A stretch of 64,000 nt of DNA. Origin: Gammaproteobacteria bacterium. GTDB taxonomy: Bacteria; Pseudomonadota; Gammaproteobacteria; QZLD01. Below the pieces are notes generated by a model. It made no database searches, was not told where the DNA came from, and saw nothing but the letters and a program-made list of their open reading frames with translations. The position numbers were made by a program, and so were the translations under genes. Below are positions 39,385 through 50,500 of this stretch, one piece after another (the first letter of the stretch is position 1; each line of letters begins with the position of its first letter). Where the stretch lies: positions 7,830-71,829 of the forward strand of contig JAWSVA010000004.1 in NCBI GenBank assembly GCA_033852155.1, in the 5' to 3' direction.

Positions 39385-40200
39385 TCACAGAATATTTTCT
39401 TTTATAAGCTCTAATATAGAATCTGCATATTCTCTTTGATATGTTTCTACATCATCAAGATTCTTAACTGACCAAATTCCAATAATACTATTTGTTAAAA
39501 AAAGTTCCTGCGCCAGTTTTAATTCTTCCGACTTTACACTTCTCTCTTCAACATTATAACCTGCCATTTTTGCCGCATTAATTACTTGTTGACGCATGAT
39601 TCCAGCGACACCATAATCAGCAATGATAGGAGTAACAATTACGCCACCAATAACAGCAAAAATATTAGACTTTCCCCCCTCAATTACAAAGCCATGCTCC
39701 GACAAGACTATAGCTTCATCAGCATTCACTTTAGCAGTCTCATTAGCGATTAGAACCTGATCTAAACGATTTAGGTGCTTTATTCCTGCAAGATTAGGGT
39801 TTTTATATAAACGTAGCTTAGATGTAATTACATCGACACCCAAGTCTCGTTTTTCAAAAATACTCTTTGGAAACTGGGAAATTGAAATTATTATATTGGA
39901 TTCGCTGGATAGAGAAGCATAACCCCTTACACCACTACCTCTTGTCAAAGTTATTCTTATAATAGCTTCCGTAAGACCGGTTTTAGATATTATTTGCTGA
40001 ATATCATCACATACTGCTTTCAGGTCTAAACCACTTATAGACAATCTTGTTGCCGAAACTGACAATCTATTTAAATGAGAAGATAGAAGAAGAGGAGTTG
40101 AATTCTTTACAGCAATTGTTTCAAATATGCCATCACCATATAAGAGCCCCCTATCATCGGCCCTTATATAATCTGTCTCAACTCCATTTACCAGGATCAT
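39385..40200 (-). CDS. pabC: Aminodeoxychorismate lyase (class IV aminotransferase fold)
   Basis: 271 aa. Its position between fabF and mltG matches the E. coli and Pseudomonas pabC locus. Confidence 0.7.
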   Translation of the reverse strand: MILVNGVETDYIRADDRGLLYGDGIFETIAVKNSTPLLLSSHLNRLSVSATRLSISGLDLKAVCDDIQQIISKTGLTEAIIRITLTRGSGVRGYASLSSESNIIISISQFPKSIFEKRDLGVDVITSKLRLYKNPNLAGIKHLNRLDQVLIANETAKVNADEAIVLSEHGFVIEGGKSNIFAVIGGVIVTPIIADYGVAGIMRQQVINAAKMAGYNVEERSVKSEELKLAQELFLTNSIIGIWSVKNLDDVETYQREYADSILELIKENIL

Positions 40201-40249
40201 TACATCACCCTATAAACTGGAGCTGAAATAGATTGGTTGATTAGCAGCC

Positions 40250-41491
40250 TTAATCAACCTTTGAGAATAGAAGAGATCCATTCGTTCCACCAAACCCAAA
40301 CGAGTTGGAAAGAGCATGGTTAACACTTGCTTCGCGCGCAGTATGCGGCACGTAATCAAGATCACATCCTTCCCCTGGATTTTCAAGATTAATTGTCGGG
40401 GGTAGTATCTGGTCTCTAATAGCAAGAACAGAAAATATTGCTTCAATACCACCTGCCGCACCAAGCAAATGCCCGGTCATCGATTTTGTAGAGCTTACCG
40501 CAAGCTTATTTGCATGATCACCGAATGCTAACTTAATAGCATTGGTCTCTGCAATATCACCAGCCGGGGTTGATGTTCCATGAGCATTGATATAATCAAC
40601 CTGATCAGGGTTTAAGCCAGCATCTTTTAAAGTTGCCTGCATACATTTACATGCACCACTACCATCTAATGATGGCTGAGTCATGTGGTATGCATCGCTG
40701 TTTGAACCAAAGCCCGTCAATTCAGCATAAATTGTAGCGCCACGCTTTTTAGCAGCTTCATACTCTTCTAAAACAACTACGCCAGCACCTTCACTAAGAA
40801 CAAAACCATCTCTATCTTTGTCCCATGGGCGACTAGCAGTATCAAAGTCATCATTACGTGATGACAAAGCTCTTGCTGCTGCAAAACCACCAAGACCAGT
40901 TGGCGATATTGCCATCTCTGCACCACCAACAAGCATTGCATCGGCATCACCATATTGAATCATGCGCGCACCCATGCCAATACTGTGAGTTGCTGTTGCA
41001 CATGCAGAAACTACAGCAACATTTGGACCTTTCAATCCATATTTAATTGAAAGATTACCAGATACCATATTGATAATACTACTTGGCACAAAGAAAGGTG
41101 AAATTCTGCGTGGTCCGCTTTTATTAACCAGCTCATTGGCTTTTTCAATGGTTTGTACGCCACCAATGCCCGAGCTAACTATTACTCCAAATCTGTCTGC
41201 ATTTTCTTCAGTAACTTCAATACCTGAATCACTCATAGCCTGCATTCCTGCAGCCACTCCATACTGGATGAATGGATCCATCTTTTTAAGGTCTTTAGCT
41301 GGTATATACTCTTTCGGATCGAAATCAGATACCACACCACCAAAACGAGTGGAATACTTTGACACATCAAATGAGGTAATCGGTTTGATGCCACTTTTTC
41401 CCTCAATGATATTCTTCCATGCCGTCGGTATAGTGCTTCCTACTGGCGATACTATGCCAAGCCCTGTAACTACTACACGCCGCTTTTCCAA
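40250..41491 (-). CDS. fabF: Beta-ketoacyl-ACP synthase II
   Basis: The active-site region is [13 protein letters not shown], with HGTST and GHLLGAAG motifs. The ORF-track start at 41548 is an artefactual 5' extension. The likely true start is the TTG at 41491, preceded by AAGAGG and giving [12 protein letters not shown]. Confidence 0.9.
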   Translation of the reverse strand: MEKRRVVVTGLGIVSPVGSTIPTAWKNIIEGKSGIKPITSFDVSKYSTRFGGVVSDFDPKEYIPAKDLKKMDPFIQYGVAAGMQAMSDSGIEVTEENADRFGVIVSSGIGGVQTIEKANELVNKSGPRRISPFFVPSSIINMVSGNLSIKYGLKGPNVAVVSACATATHSIGMGARMIQYGDADAMLVGGAEMAISPTGLGGFAAARALSSRNDDFDTASRPWDKDRDGFVLSEGAGVVVLEEYEAAKKRGATIYAELTGFGSNSDAYHMTQPSLDGSGACKCMQATLKDAGLNPDQVDYINAHGTSTPAGDIAETNAIKLAFGDHANKLAVSSTKSMTGHLLGAAGGIEAIFSVLAIRDQILPPTINLENPGEGCDLDYVPHTAREASVNHALSNSFGFGGTNGSLLFSKVD

Positions 41492-41559
41492 GGTCAAACC
41501 TCTTTTGATTTTTTCAGAATAAAAAATGGGCTGCATTACGCAACCCATTCCATTACAAA

Positions 41560-41799
41560 TTAACTGTCTAGATTAGTATTAATATAATCTATAGCATTTT
41601 GTACTGTTGCGATTTTTTCAGCTTCTTCGTCTGGAATCTCACACTCAAATTCTTCTTCCAAAGCCATTACAAGCTCTACAGTATCAAGAGAGTCAGCACC
41701 AAGATCGTCAACGAAAGATGCTTCATTGGTTACTTCTTCTTCTTGAACACCAAGTTGCTCAACAACAATCTTTTTTACGCGCTCTTCAATATTGCTCAT
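41560..41799 (-). CDS. acpP: Acyl carrier protein
   Basis: 79 aa with the phosphopantetheine site DLGADSLD. The sequence is near-identical to AcpP. Confidence 0.95.
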   Translation of the reverse strand: MSNIEERVKKIVVEQLGVQEEEVTNEASFVDDLGADSLDTVELVMALEEEFECEIPDEEAEKIATVQNAIDYINTNLDS

Positions 41800-41952
41800 T
41801 TCAAAATTTCCTTTGTTTCAGTTCAATATAGATCAAATTATCTAAATATCTTGGCGGCTATTGTATGTAAAACATAATTGCCAATCCAGCTTTTTTAGTG
41901 AATTTGAGTTATTTGTTTATGCCATTAACGTTGCAAGTATCATTGCAATGCT

Positions 41953-42690
41953 TTATGACATGTACATGCCACCATTTACACTAATGGTTTCACCAGTGAT
42001 AAATCCTGCACCTTTAGAGACCAAAAACGATACAGTCTTGGCAATATCTTCAACTTCACCAAGTCTCGCTAACGGAATTTTTGAGGCTAATGCTTCTCTT
42101 TGTTCATCAGACAAAGCTTTTGTCATCTCAGTGTTGATAAACCCAGGGGCTACAACATTTACTGTAATCCCTCTTGAAGCAACCTCTTGCGCTAGTGATT
42201 TTGAAAAACCAACAACACCAGCCTTAGTGGCACAATAATTCGTTTGCCCAGCATTACCCGACAGACCAACAACAGAACCAATTGTAACAATACGCCCTTT
42301 TTTAGCTTTCATCATGCCTCTTAAGCAAGCACGAGACATGCGAAATACTGAGCTTAAGTTTGTATTAACTACAGCGCCCCACTCTTCATCTTTCATTCTC
42401 ATTAAAAGATTATCTTTAGTAATGCCTGCGTTATTAACCAATACTGTCGGAGCACCTAGCTCTTTTGTAATGCTCTTAATAGATTCATCAATCGTTTCTT
42501 GGTCATTTACATTTAGTACTCGGCCTTCACCTTCAAAACCAGCATCTTTTAAGTAATCAGTTATTGATTGTGCAAATTCTTCATTTATATCAGTTCCAAC
42601 AACATAGAAGCCTTGAGCTGCTAGTTCTAAAACTACAGCTTTACCAATACCTCTGCTACAACCTGTTACTAATGCAATCTCTTTACTCAT
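41953..42690 (-). CDS. fabG: 3-oxoacyl-ACP reductase
   Basis: 245 aa SDR. It has the TGCSRGIGKA cofactor motif and YCATKAG active site. Confidence 0.9.
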   Translation of the reverse strand: MSKEIALVTGCSRGIGKAVVLELAAQGFYVVGTDINEEFAQSITDYLKDAGFEGEGRVLNVNDQETIDESIKSITKELGAPTVLVNNAGITKDNLLMRMKDEEWGAVVNTNLSSVFRMSRACLRGMMKAKKGRIVTIGSVVGLSGNAGQTNYCATKAGVVGFSKSLAQEVASRGITVNVVAPGFINTEMTKALSDEQREALASKIPLARLGEVEDIAKTVSFLVSKGAGFITGETISVNGGMYMS

Positions 42691-42694
42691 TTCC

Positions 42695-43642
42695 TTACTC
42701 TCCTAAAAGCGCAGTTTCTGCCTTTTCCAAGCTTTTATCATCAAATACTGAAAAGGTAGTTACTCCCTTGATAATCCGTTTATTCAATCCAAACAATACT
42801 TTGCCTGGACCAGACTCAACAATACCCTCAACATCATAATCTGCAAATGATGAAACCAGCTTAACCCACTGCACAGGGCAATACAGTTGTTTAACTAGCT
42901 TATCTTTAATTTCAGCTGCATCTTGTGCAATCAGCACATCAACATTGTGAAGAACAGGAATTTCTGGTTTTGTTATCTCAATTTTATCAAGCTCTACAGC
43001 AAGCTTATCTGCAGCATCTTTCATTAAGGCGCAATGTGATGGCACACTAACAGGCAATATAATTGTCTTTTTTGCACCCGCTTCTTTCAACAATTCACAT
43101 GCTCTTTCAACAGCAGCTGCAGCACCAGCAATCACCACCTGACTAGGGGCATTAAAATTAACTGCTGACACAACTTCACCTTGCTCAGCTTCTTTGCAGA
43201 CATCAATAATGACCTGATCTTCCAATCCAAGGATTGCAGCCATCAAGCCCCTCCCTTCAGGGACAGCTTGCTGCATCAATTTTCCTCTAAGCTCTACCAA
43301 TTTAATGGCATCAGCAAATTTCATCGCCCCAGAAGCTACAAGAGCAGTATATTCACCCAAACTATGACCAGCCATTACTACAGGCTCTATACTTGGGTTA
43401 CGTTGTTTCCAACTTTCCCAAACAGCTATACCGGCAGCCAACAGAGCAGGCTGTGTTTTATCAGTGCTATTTAAATCTTCAGCAGGGCCATTTTGAATTA
43501 AATCCCAAAGATCATAACCAAGCACCTTTGATGCCTCAGCATAAACTTCTTTAACTTTAGGATTTGTTTCTGCAAGCTCTGCCAGCATTCCAACTGACTG
43601 AGAACCTTGACCAGGAAAAACGAAAGCTATTTTCTTTGTCAT
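42695..43642 (-). CDS. fabD: Malonyl-CoA:ACP transacylase
   Basis: The GQGSQ and GHSLGE motifs are present. The true start is probably MTKKIAFVFPGQGSQ at 43642, preceded by a GAGAG Shine-Dalgarno. The ORF-track start is 18 nt upstream. Confidence 0.9.
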   Translation of the reverse strand: MTKKIAFVFPGQGSQSVGMLAELAETNPKVKEVYAEASKVLGYDLWDLIQNGPAEDLNSTDKTQPALLAAGIAVWESWKQRNPSIEPVVMAGHSLGEYTALVASGAMKFADAIKLVELRGKLMQQAVPEGRGLMAAILGLEDQVIIDVCKEAEQGEVVSAVNFNAPSQVVIAGAAAAVERACELLKEAGAKKTIILPVSVPSHCALMKDAADKLAVELDKIEITKPEIPVLHNVDVLIAQDAAEIKDKLVKQLYCPVQWVKLVSSFADYDVEGIVESGPGKVLFGLNKRIIKGVTTFSVFDDKSLEKAETALLGE

Positions 43643-43689
43643 AATTTCTCTCTGTAACAATCTTCTGAATAGATTTTAAAGCCAACACC

Positions 43690-44658
43690 TTAGATCTTAA
43701 CTAAAGCTGCACCCCAGGTTAAACCACCACCAAATGCTTCTAACACAGCTAGATCACCAGATTTGATCTTTTGTGATTCTAGCGCTCCATGTAGCGCCAA
43801 AGGAATTGATGCGGCTGAAGTATTTGCATGCTTATCCACGGTAACTATCACCTTGGATTCATCCAACTTCATCTTTTTTGCTGTCGATTTAAGAATCCTA
43901 ATATTTGCCTGATGCGGCACTAACCAATAATCGGTAGTAGCTGGATCAAATCCATTTTCAGCTAAGATATCAAGTGCGATTCGGGAAAGTGTTTTGACTG
44001 CATGCTTGAAAACTTCATTGCCTTTCATATCAAACCATTTTGAATCATCTGTAAGAGCATCATAACCTTGCGATACCCCCCAAGGAATTCCTAATAGATC
44101 CTCATACTCTCCATCTGCATCAATGTTAACTGATAAGATACCGGCCTCTTTAGAAGCTTGAAGAAGAACGCACCCTGCTCCATCTCCAAATAAAATACAT
44201 GTATTCCTATCATTCCAATTCAATATACGACTGTATGTTTCAGCACCAATAACCAAAACATTTTTTGCCGCACCAGAACGAATATAACTATTGCCAATAG
44301 AAAGAGCATATACAAAACCTGAACATGCGGCGGTTATATCAAACGCAGGGCATTTAGCGCCTAGCTTTTTCTGGATAATACAGGCAGTACTTGGAAACAT
44401 TCTATCTGGAGTGGATGTTGCCACTACAATTAAATCAATTTCACTAGCATCAACACCTGCGTTTTCCAGAGCCTGCTTTGCTGCTGAAGCACCTAGATCA
44501 GAACAAAGCTCACCTTCAGCACTTATATGCCTCTGCTCAATACCTGTTCTTTCTCGAATCCACTGGTCGTTTGTATCGACCATATTTTCTAACTGTTTAT
44601 TAGTTAGTATTTTCTCAGGCAGGTATGCGCCTGTTCCTGTGATTTTAGAGTAAATCAA
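43690..44658 (-). CDS. fabH: Beta-ketoacyl-ACP synthase III
   Basis: 322 aa. The active-site Cys lies in AACSGF. The C-terminal HQAN and GFGGG motifs are present. Confidence 0.9.
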   Translation of the reverse strand: MIYSKITGTGAYLPEKILTNKQLENMVDTNDQWIRERTGIEQRHISAEGELCSDLGASAAKQALENAGVDASEIDLIVVATSTPDRMFPSTACIIQKKLGAKCPAFDITAACSGFVYALSIGNSYIRSGAAKNVLVIGAETYSRILNWNDRNTCILFGDGAGCVLLQASKEAGILSVNIDADGEYEDLLGIPWGVSQGYDALTDDSKWFDMKGNEVFKHAVKTLSRIALDILAENGFDPATTDYWLVPHQANIRILKSTAKKMKLDESKVIVTVDKHANTSAASIPLALHGALESQKIKSGDLAVLEAFGGGLTWGAALVKI

Positions 44659-45716
44659 TTTACTTCACTCTTTAGTAAAATTGAATCAAGCTCTTTATCA
44701 ATTAAGGTTGGTACATCTTTTTCAATTTCAAGTATCGCATTGGTAATTGCGCAAGCATAAGCATCTACACCAGCCCCCCCATGACTTTTAAGCACTATTC
44801 CCTTTAATCCCAATAGACTTGCACCGTTATACTTACCAGGGTCGATCTGATTTTTCAATTTTTTTAACACTGGCATAGCAATCAAACCTGCCAACATTGT
44901 AAAAACGTTTCTTTTAAATTCTTGCTGTAGAAATAAGCTAATCATTTTTGCCAGCCCTTCCATCATTTTTAAAGAGACGTTACCAACAAATCCATCGCAA
45001 ACAACCACATCGGCATCTCCAAAGAAAATTCTATTTCCTTCAACATAACCCGTGTAATTTAGAGCACTCTTAGAAAACAAAGTTGAGGCTTGTTTGACTG
45101 CACTATTCCCTTTCGTATCTTCATGACCAATATTTAGCAAACAAACACGAGGGTTTGGCATATTATCGACTGCTTGGGCATAAACGGATCCCATAACTCC
45201 AAACTGAAATAAGTGGTCAGCAGAGCAATCTACATTTGCACCAAGATCAAGTAAACGCACCACCCCCGTATCAGTGGGCAGAGTTTTCATGATTGCAGGT
45301 CTGTCGATTCCAGGGAGGGTTTTCAGAACAAATCTAGCAATTGCCATTAGCGCACCAGTGTTTCCGGCACTCACACAGGCAGCAGCCTCTTTTTCTTTTA
45401 CTAGATTTATGGCTACACGCATTGACGAATCTTTTTTTGACCTAAGGGCCAAAGCAGGTGATTCATCCATTTCTACTTTTTGAGTCGCATGTTTTACGGT
45501 TATGCGATCTTTAAATTCACTACCCTCACTAGCAGTGAGATGGCTATTTATCTCTTTCTCATCCCCAACTAAGGTAAGATGAAGATTATGATGTTGCTTT
45601 AGAGCTAAGATTGCACCTGGAACAACGACACATGGCCCATGGTCACCGCCCATTGCATCCAAAGCTATCTTTATTGGATTATTCATTAGTCTATTAAGAT
45701 TCCATTTTTCAGACAA
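44655..45716 (-). CDS. plsX: Phosphate acyltransferase PlsX
   Basis: 353 aa. The IALDAMGGD motif is present. It lies downstream of rpmF. The real start may be at the internal Met (MNNPIK...). Confidence 0.9.
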   Translation of the reverse strand: MSEKWNLNRLMNNPIKIALDAMGGDHGPCVVVPGAILALKQHHNLHLTLVGDEKEINSHLTASEGSEFKDRITVKHATQKVEMDESPALALRSKKDSSMRVAINLVKEKEAAACVSAGNTGALMAIARFVLKTLPGIDRPAIMKTLPTDTGVVRLLDLGANVDCSADHLFQFGVMGSVYAQAVDNMPNPRVCLLNIGHEDTKGNSAVKQASTLFSKSALNYTGYVEGNRIFFGDADVVVCDGFVGNVSLKMMEGLAKMISLFLQQEFKRNVFTMLAGLIAMPVLKKLKNQIDPGKYNGASLLGLKGIVLKSHGGAGVDAYACAITNAILEIEKDVPTLIDKELDSILLKSEVN

Positions 45717-45771
45717 ACAAAACCACCTGCCCTAGTGACATTTTATGCCGAGCAGGTGGAGAAAATTTGTT

Positions 45772-45951
45772 TTAATCGAAATCTTTATGAATTACTTTCT
45801 TTCCACGATAGTAGCCATCAGCTGAAACATGATGTCTTCTATGTTTTTCACCAGTTGTATCTTCAACTGATAGAGTTGGACCAGAAAGAGAGTCATGCGA
45901 ACGACGCATGCCACGCTTTGAAGGAGTTTTTCTGCTTTTTTGTACGGCCAT
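45772..45951 (-). CDS. rpmF: 50S ribosomal protein L32
   Basis: Manual translation gives [59 protein letters not shown], which is collinear with E. coli L32. It is absent from the ORF track because it is shorter than 60 aa. The listed + strand ORF 45735..45953 is its antisense artefact. Confidence 0.9.
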   Translation of the reverse strand: MAVQKSRKTPSKRGMRRSHDSLSGPTLSVEDTTGEKHRRHHVSADGYYRGKKVIHKDFD

Positions 45952-45968
45952 GACTATTCCTTAAACTT

Positions 45969-46502
45969 CTATTGCTTATTCTTTAATAAATCGCCTAATT
46001 GCGCGAATGGATAAACTCTTTCTTTTCCATTCTCAGACCCTAAATCAGAATCCTCTGCAGCATATTCAGATACATATGATGAACATTTTGTATCTTCATG
46101 CATCGACACTACGGGTAATGCCAATATTATCTCGTCTTCTATTAGCTCCACTAAAGAGATTAACTCTTCAGAAACAACTAAAGGTTCGTACTCACCGGGT
46201 AAGTTTTGCGCCAATGATTCATCTGTAACCAGCCCAAATAAAAACTCGCAATTTACTGCGACATCCACAGGCTGCATACAACGCTGGCACTCAACTGACA
46301 ATACTGCTTCTGCAGTGCCGCTAATATACTTAATCCCTTCGCTGTCAGTATCAAAATTCAGCGATGCCGCAACCTCTCCGGCATTACTCTGTAGTAGCTC
46401 ACTTAGTCGCACCATTTTCGCAATAGACAAAGAGGTTTCAATGGTTCTACCTCTGCTTGCCATTAGGACTGGAGCTATTTTATCTTCAAACTGATTCAGC
46501 AT
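45969..46502 (-). CDS. yceD: YceD-family (DUF177) large-subunit rRNA accumulation protein
   Basis: 177 aa with the CxxC...CxxC pattern. It sits immediately upstream of rpmF, the conserved arrangement. Confidence 0.85.
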   Translation of the reverse strand: MLNQFEDKIAPVLMASRGRTIETSLSIAKMVRLSELLQSNAGEVAASLNFDTDSEGIKYISGTAEAVLSVECQRCMQPVDVAVNCEFLFGLVTDESLAQNLPGEYEPLVVSEELISLVELIEDEIILALPVVSMHEDTKCSSYVSEYAAEDSDLGSENGKERVYPFAQLGDLLKNKQ

Positions 46503-46764
46503 AGCGCGTGAATACTATATTCCAAAACGGCTTGTGTCAAAGATTAAGTAGAAATACTTATGGTAAAAAGCAGGGGGAAACCTATGAAATCATTCACTTC
46601 AATAGTAAATCAACAAAACAACTTGTTTTCCCTCCTCATTTAAGTTCTTTAAAGCCAGGAAAAATGGTGTTTTTTAAGTACTAGCATTTTTTGTATACCC
46701 TCTGCGGTTTTATTGTGGCAAAATTAGCGCATTATTTTCTCCCCATTATTAACGAGGCAAACCT

Positions 46765-47346
46765 GTGTCTTACCCTATTATTCTCGCTTCATCATCACCA
46801 TTTCGCAGAGAAGTTCTAAGCAAGATTATTGAAAAATTCGATATTTGCTCACCAGAAATAGATGAAACAAGGCTTCAAGATGAAAATATTGAAGTTTATG
46901 TTAAACGGCTCGCTATTGAAAAAGCTAAAGCCGTAGCCGTAAAACATGATTCAGGATTAATCATAGGTTCCGACCAGTCAGCTGTTATCGATAACGATAT
47001 AATTGGTAAGCCCAAAAACCACGACGATGCAGTTACTCAGTTATTAAACTCTTCAGGTAAAACAATTACATTTTACACATCAATTTGCCTGCTTGATGCT
47101 TCCAACAATAGCTATCAAGTAGCTATTGACACATTTCATGTGTCATTCCGCCAGTTATCAAAGGAACAGATTGAAAACTATCTATCTATAGAAAAACCAT
47201 ATAACTGTGCCGGAAGTTTCAAATCAGAAGGGCTTGGAATAGCTCTTTTCTCTAAAATGGAGGGGACGGACCCTAACTCACTTATTGGCTTACCATTAAT
47301 AAAACTTATCGACATGCTTAACTCGAAAGGCATAAATATCATTTAA
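46765..47346 (+). CDS. maf: Maf-family nucleoside triphosphate pyrophosphatase (YceF-like)
   Basis: 193 aa with the N-terminal ILASSSPFRRE motif. It is divergent from yceD. Confidence 0.85.
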   Translation: MSYPIILASSSPFRREVLSKIIEKFDICSPEIDETRLQDENIEVYVKRLAIEKAKAVAVKHDSGLIIGSDQSAVIDNDIIGKPKNHDDAVTQLLNSSGKTITFYTSICLLDASNNSYQVAIDTFHVSFRQLSKEQIENYLSIEKPYNCAGSFKSEGLGIALFSKMEGTDPNSLIGLPLIKLIDMLNSKGINII

Positions 47347-47447
47347 CATGTTTTCAAATAACGCTATACAACCAAACAACCCTTAATAAAACCAACATTA
47401 AGGGTATTCGAAAAAACCAGACTAATTAAAGCGCAATCATTGCAGCA

Positions 47448-48431
47448 TTAGTAGCTAACCGATTGCGCAATTTCCTGCAAAACCACTCCAAATTTTTGCG
47501 ATATATTATCTGCAAGACTTTTTCGTGGAGAATAGTCAACTACATTCTCTTGCTTCAATATATCTCTTGTTAACTGCTTAACACTTCCAAGCTGATCTAC
47601 TAACCCCATCTCAACCCCCTGATCACCAGTCCAGATAAGACCGGTAAAGGTATTTTCACTCTCTTTTAGGCGCTGACCACGCCCATTTCTTACCGCGCTT
47701 TTAAACTGCTCGTGCACTTTGGCTACTATCTGTTTAGAATGTTCAATCTCCTTATCTGTTTGAGGGGAAAAAGGATCTCTAAACCCCTTATTCTCACCAG
47801 CTGTTATCAACCTTCGCTCAATACCTAATTTTTTCATCCCTTCCACAAAGCCAAATCCACCCATACGTACACCTATTGACCCAACAATACTGGCTTTATC
47901 AGCATAAATTTCATCAGCTGCCGCAGCTATATAATAAGCCCCCGAAGCACAGATATCTTCAGCTACTGCATAGACCCTCTTTTCCTTATACTTTTCTTTT
48001 AAGCGCATTATCTCGTCATAAACATAACCAGACTGAACGGGGCTTCCACCTGGGCTATCAATTCGCAATACAATTGCAGTAGATTTTTTATTCTCAAACG
48101 CCAGCACCAGTGAATCAATGATATCTTCAGCATTTGCATATGCTCCAGCTGAAATAATGCCTTTTACATCAATCACAGCTATATGACTACTTTTTGCATC
48201 TGCTTGAGATGTTTGACCTATAGGAGATACAAACACCATGAAAATCACACTAACATATACCAATATTGCTAATTTAAAGAATATCCCCCACCTTCTTGCT
48301 TTTTTTTGCTCATCGATAACTGAAAGAGCAATCCCAACCAATGCTTTACGTTCCCAATGCTCTTCGGTGACAAAGTTATCTTTTTCCTGCCTTCCAGCAA
48401 TTGAACCAAAAATACTTCTCTTTCCTACCAT
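47448..48431 (-). CDS. sppA: Signal peptide peptidase SppA (S49 family, 36K type)
   Basis: 327 aa with an N-terminal TM segment. The S49 fold carries a Ser in the GYYIAAAAD region and a Lys in the expected position. Confidence 0.8.
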   Translation of the reverse strand: MVGKRSIFGSIAGRQEKDNFVTEEHWERKALVGIALSVIDEQKKARRWGIFFKLAILVYVSVIFMVFVSPIGQTSQADAKSSHIAVIDVKGIISAGAYANAEDIIDSLVLAFENKKSTAIVLRIDSPGGSPVQSGYVYDEIMRLKEKYKEKRVYAVAEDICASGAYYIAAAADEIYADKASIVGSIGVRMGGFGFVEGMKKLGIERRLITAGENKGFRDPFSPQTDKEIEHSKQIVAKVHEQFKSAVRNGRGQRLKESENTFTGLIWTGDQGVEMGLVDQLGSVKQLTRDILKQENVVDYSPRKSLADNISQKFGVVLQEIAQSVSY

Positions 48432-48466
48432 AATCTTTTCCCCTTTATTTTACTCTTTCTAATCTA

Positions 48467-49114
48467 TTAACCAGCTCGCTGCAACCAATCAACTACCTCA
48501 GGAGTGTAATCCAAAAATGCAGAAGCTGGGTATGCCTCCAGCCTATCTCGCTCATGAACTCCGCAACATACAGCAACAGAATCCACATTGGCATTAACGG
48601 CCATCTCAAGATCAAACTCTGTATCACCTACCATCAGCACCTTATCCTTCATAACTCCTAACCTATCTATCACTTCAAGAAGCATATGAGGATCAGGTTT
48701 GGAATAACTTTCATCAGCACATATTGTTGTATCAAAATATTTTTCAACACCTAGCTTACGCATGGAGCTATCCAAACCACCTCTACTCATACCTGTAGCA
48801 ACTGCCAGCATATACCCCTGTGCAGCTAAATTTTGCAGCATCTGCTCCACACCTTCAAATAGATATGTTTGCGGCAATGTCTTATAAAAATGCTCTCGGT
48901 AAATAACTATAAATCGATCCAAATCAGCAACTGAAATCCCCGGTATAAGTTTTTCTACAGCTGCAACCAACGAAAGCCCAATAATATTCTTCGCATCATC
49001 ACGTTCTAGCTCGAATCCTAGCTCATCAGCTGCTTTGCATAAACCATCAACAATATGTGACTGGGAATCCTTCAAGGTACCATCCCAGTCAAAAACTATT
49101 AATTCATATTTCAC
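48467..49114 (-). CDS. HAD-superfamily hydrolase (phosphoglycolate-phosphatase-like)
   Basis: 215 aa with the FDWDGTL motif I and GD motif IV. Its position between rluC and sppA is as in Pseudomonas. Confidence 0.7.
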   Translation of the reverse strand: MKYELIVFDWDGTLKDSQSHIVDGLCKAADELGFELERDDAKNIIGLSLVAAVEKLIPGISVADLDRFIVIYREHFYKTLPQTYLFEGVEQMLQNLAAQGYMLAVATGMSRGGLDSSMRKLGVEKYFDTTICADESYSKPDPHMLLEVIDRLGVMKDKVLMVGDTEFDLEMAVNANVDSVAVCCGVHERDRLEAYPASAFLDYTPEVVDWLQRAG

Positions 49115-50049
49115 GCGGACTCCAATCTTTCAATCACATCACTAAGCTCTTGCGGCAATGGCGCCTCAATCAAATACTCTTTCCCCGAAGATGGCATTAC
49201 AAATTTAATCTTCGCAGCATGTAAAAATAAACGTTTAAGACCAAAAGACCGCAACCCTTTATTAACTTCTCTATCTCCGTATTTTTCATCACCAGCAACT
49301 GGGTTTCCACAATGTTTACTATGCACTCTAATTTGATGAGTTCTTCCTGTTTTAAGGTCAGCTTCTAATAAAGTAGCGTTATCAAATTTCTTTAATATAC
49401 GAAAGATGGTAAGAGATGATTTACCGTCTTTTGATACCTTCACCATTCTTTCTCCGCCCTGAATAGTGAATTTTTCTAATTTAGCATCAACCTTTGTATT
49501 CCTTTCATCCCATTTATCACACACTAATAATTGATAGTATTTTTCCATTCTTGATTCACGAATCAATTCATGAATTTCACGCAAACGACTTCGCTTCTTA
49601 GCTATAAGAATACAGCCACTAGTATCGCGATCTAATCTATGCACTAACTCTAAAAAAGGAGCATTGGGGAAAATAACTCTGAGCGCCTCGATTAAACCAT
49701 AGTTTAAGCCACTCCCCCCATGAACAGCGAGTCCAGAAGGTTTATTTATCACCATAAGGCCTTCGTCTTCAAAAATTATCGACCTTGAAATAACATCTAA
49801 AATCTTAGAGCCTGGCTTACATGTATTTTCTTCAGACACTCTAATTGGAGGAATTCTGACAACGTCATCAGTTTGAATTCTATAATCAGGCTTCTTCCTC
49901 CCTTTGTTAACGCGAAACTCTCCTTTACGTAACAACCTATATATCCTGGTTTTAGGAACCCCTTTTAAATGACGTACTAAAAAGTTATCTAGACGCTGCC
50001 CTTGATCTTCTTCAGACACAATAATATTTTTTACAGAATCATTACTCAT
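49111..50049 (-). CDS. rluC: 23S rRNA pseudouridine synthase, RluC-like (RluA family plus S4 domain)
   Basis: 312 aa. The N-terminal S4 domain and the HRLDRDTSG catalytic Asp motif are present. It is divergent from rne, as in E. coli. Confidence 0.85.
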   Translation of the reverse strand: MSNDSVKNIIVSEEDQGQRLDNFLVRHLKGVPKTRIYRLLRKGEFRVNKGRKKPDYRIQTDDVVRIPPIRVSEENTCKPGSKILDVISRSIIFEDEGLMVINKPSGLAVHGGSGLNYGLIEALRVIFPNAPFLELVHRLDRDTSGCILIAKKRSRLREIHELIRESRMEKYYQLLVCDKWDERNTKVDAKLEKFTIQGGERMVKVSKDGKSSLTIFRILKKFDNATLLEADLKTGRTHQIRVHSKHCGNPVAGDEKYGDREVNKGLRSFGLKRLFLHAAKIKFVMPSSGKEYLIEAPLPQELSDVIERLESA

Positions 50050-50500
50050 TACTTATTTATAACCCAAAAAAACGTTACTCCACATTCTATATCAAATATA
50101 GATTTAGATCTTCAGATTTAATATTAGGTGTAAGCACAAGATTATTTGATGCCAAGCTACATCACTGCTATAGTGTTGCACAACAGCAGAGCACACTGCT
50201 GATTTGGCGATATTAGGTAACAATTCACGTGCAAATTTACAAAGCAAAAATGCAATACCCACAAATGGATATTGAAAGTTTTTAAGGGTTAAATATTGCT
50301 CGACCCTGAAACTGAGCAATTAAATCAAGCGCTCCCAAAAGCATATATAGTTTGGTTAAGTACGGTGTATTTTTAGTTCTTGCGGCAAAATAAAAGAATG
50401 GCTGAAAGCAGTCAACGTCGCCAGGCATGCAAATCTAACACCCGGAAAAACCTAACCAAAAAAGAAAGGTAGAGCGCTGAATAATAAAGAGATTTACAAA
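50050..50500 (+). promoter_or_regulatory. Long (~450 nt) rne promoter and 5' leader region, presumably carrying the autoregulatory UTR.
   Basis: The rluC-rne intergenic region is unusually long, as for the E. coli rne 5' UTR. The listed ORF 50104..50319 (-) is most likely spurious. Confidence 0.4.

Noticed and set aside
40210-40464. 84-aa minus-strand ORF overlapping the 3' end of fabF.
   Set aside because: It lies in an alternative frame inside a highly conserved gene.
41492-41548. Longer N-terminal reading of fabF ([20 protein letters not shown]...), plus similar extensions on fabD, tilS, flgM, the ABC-F gene and the 53354 gene.
   Set aside because: The extensions have no counterpart in homologues. 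Internal starts have good Shine-Dalgarno sequences. For fabF the extension would leave only 11 nt after acpP.
45735-45953. 72-aa plus-strand ORF.
   Set aside because: It is the exact antisense of rpmF (L32), which is clearly the real gene.
46578-46637. 19-aa micro-ORF (MKSFTSIVNQQNNLFSLLI) with an AGGGGG Shine-Dalgarno in the yceD-maf divergent region.
   Set aside because: It is too short and has no supporting signals. It is more likely promoter or UTR sequence of the rpmF-plsX-fab operon.
50104-50319. 71-aa ORF in the rluC-rne intergenic region.
   Set aside because: The region is expected to be the structured rne 5' leader. There is no Shine-Dalgarno, and the composition is hydrophobic and low-complexity.
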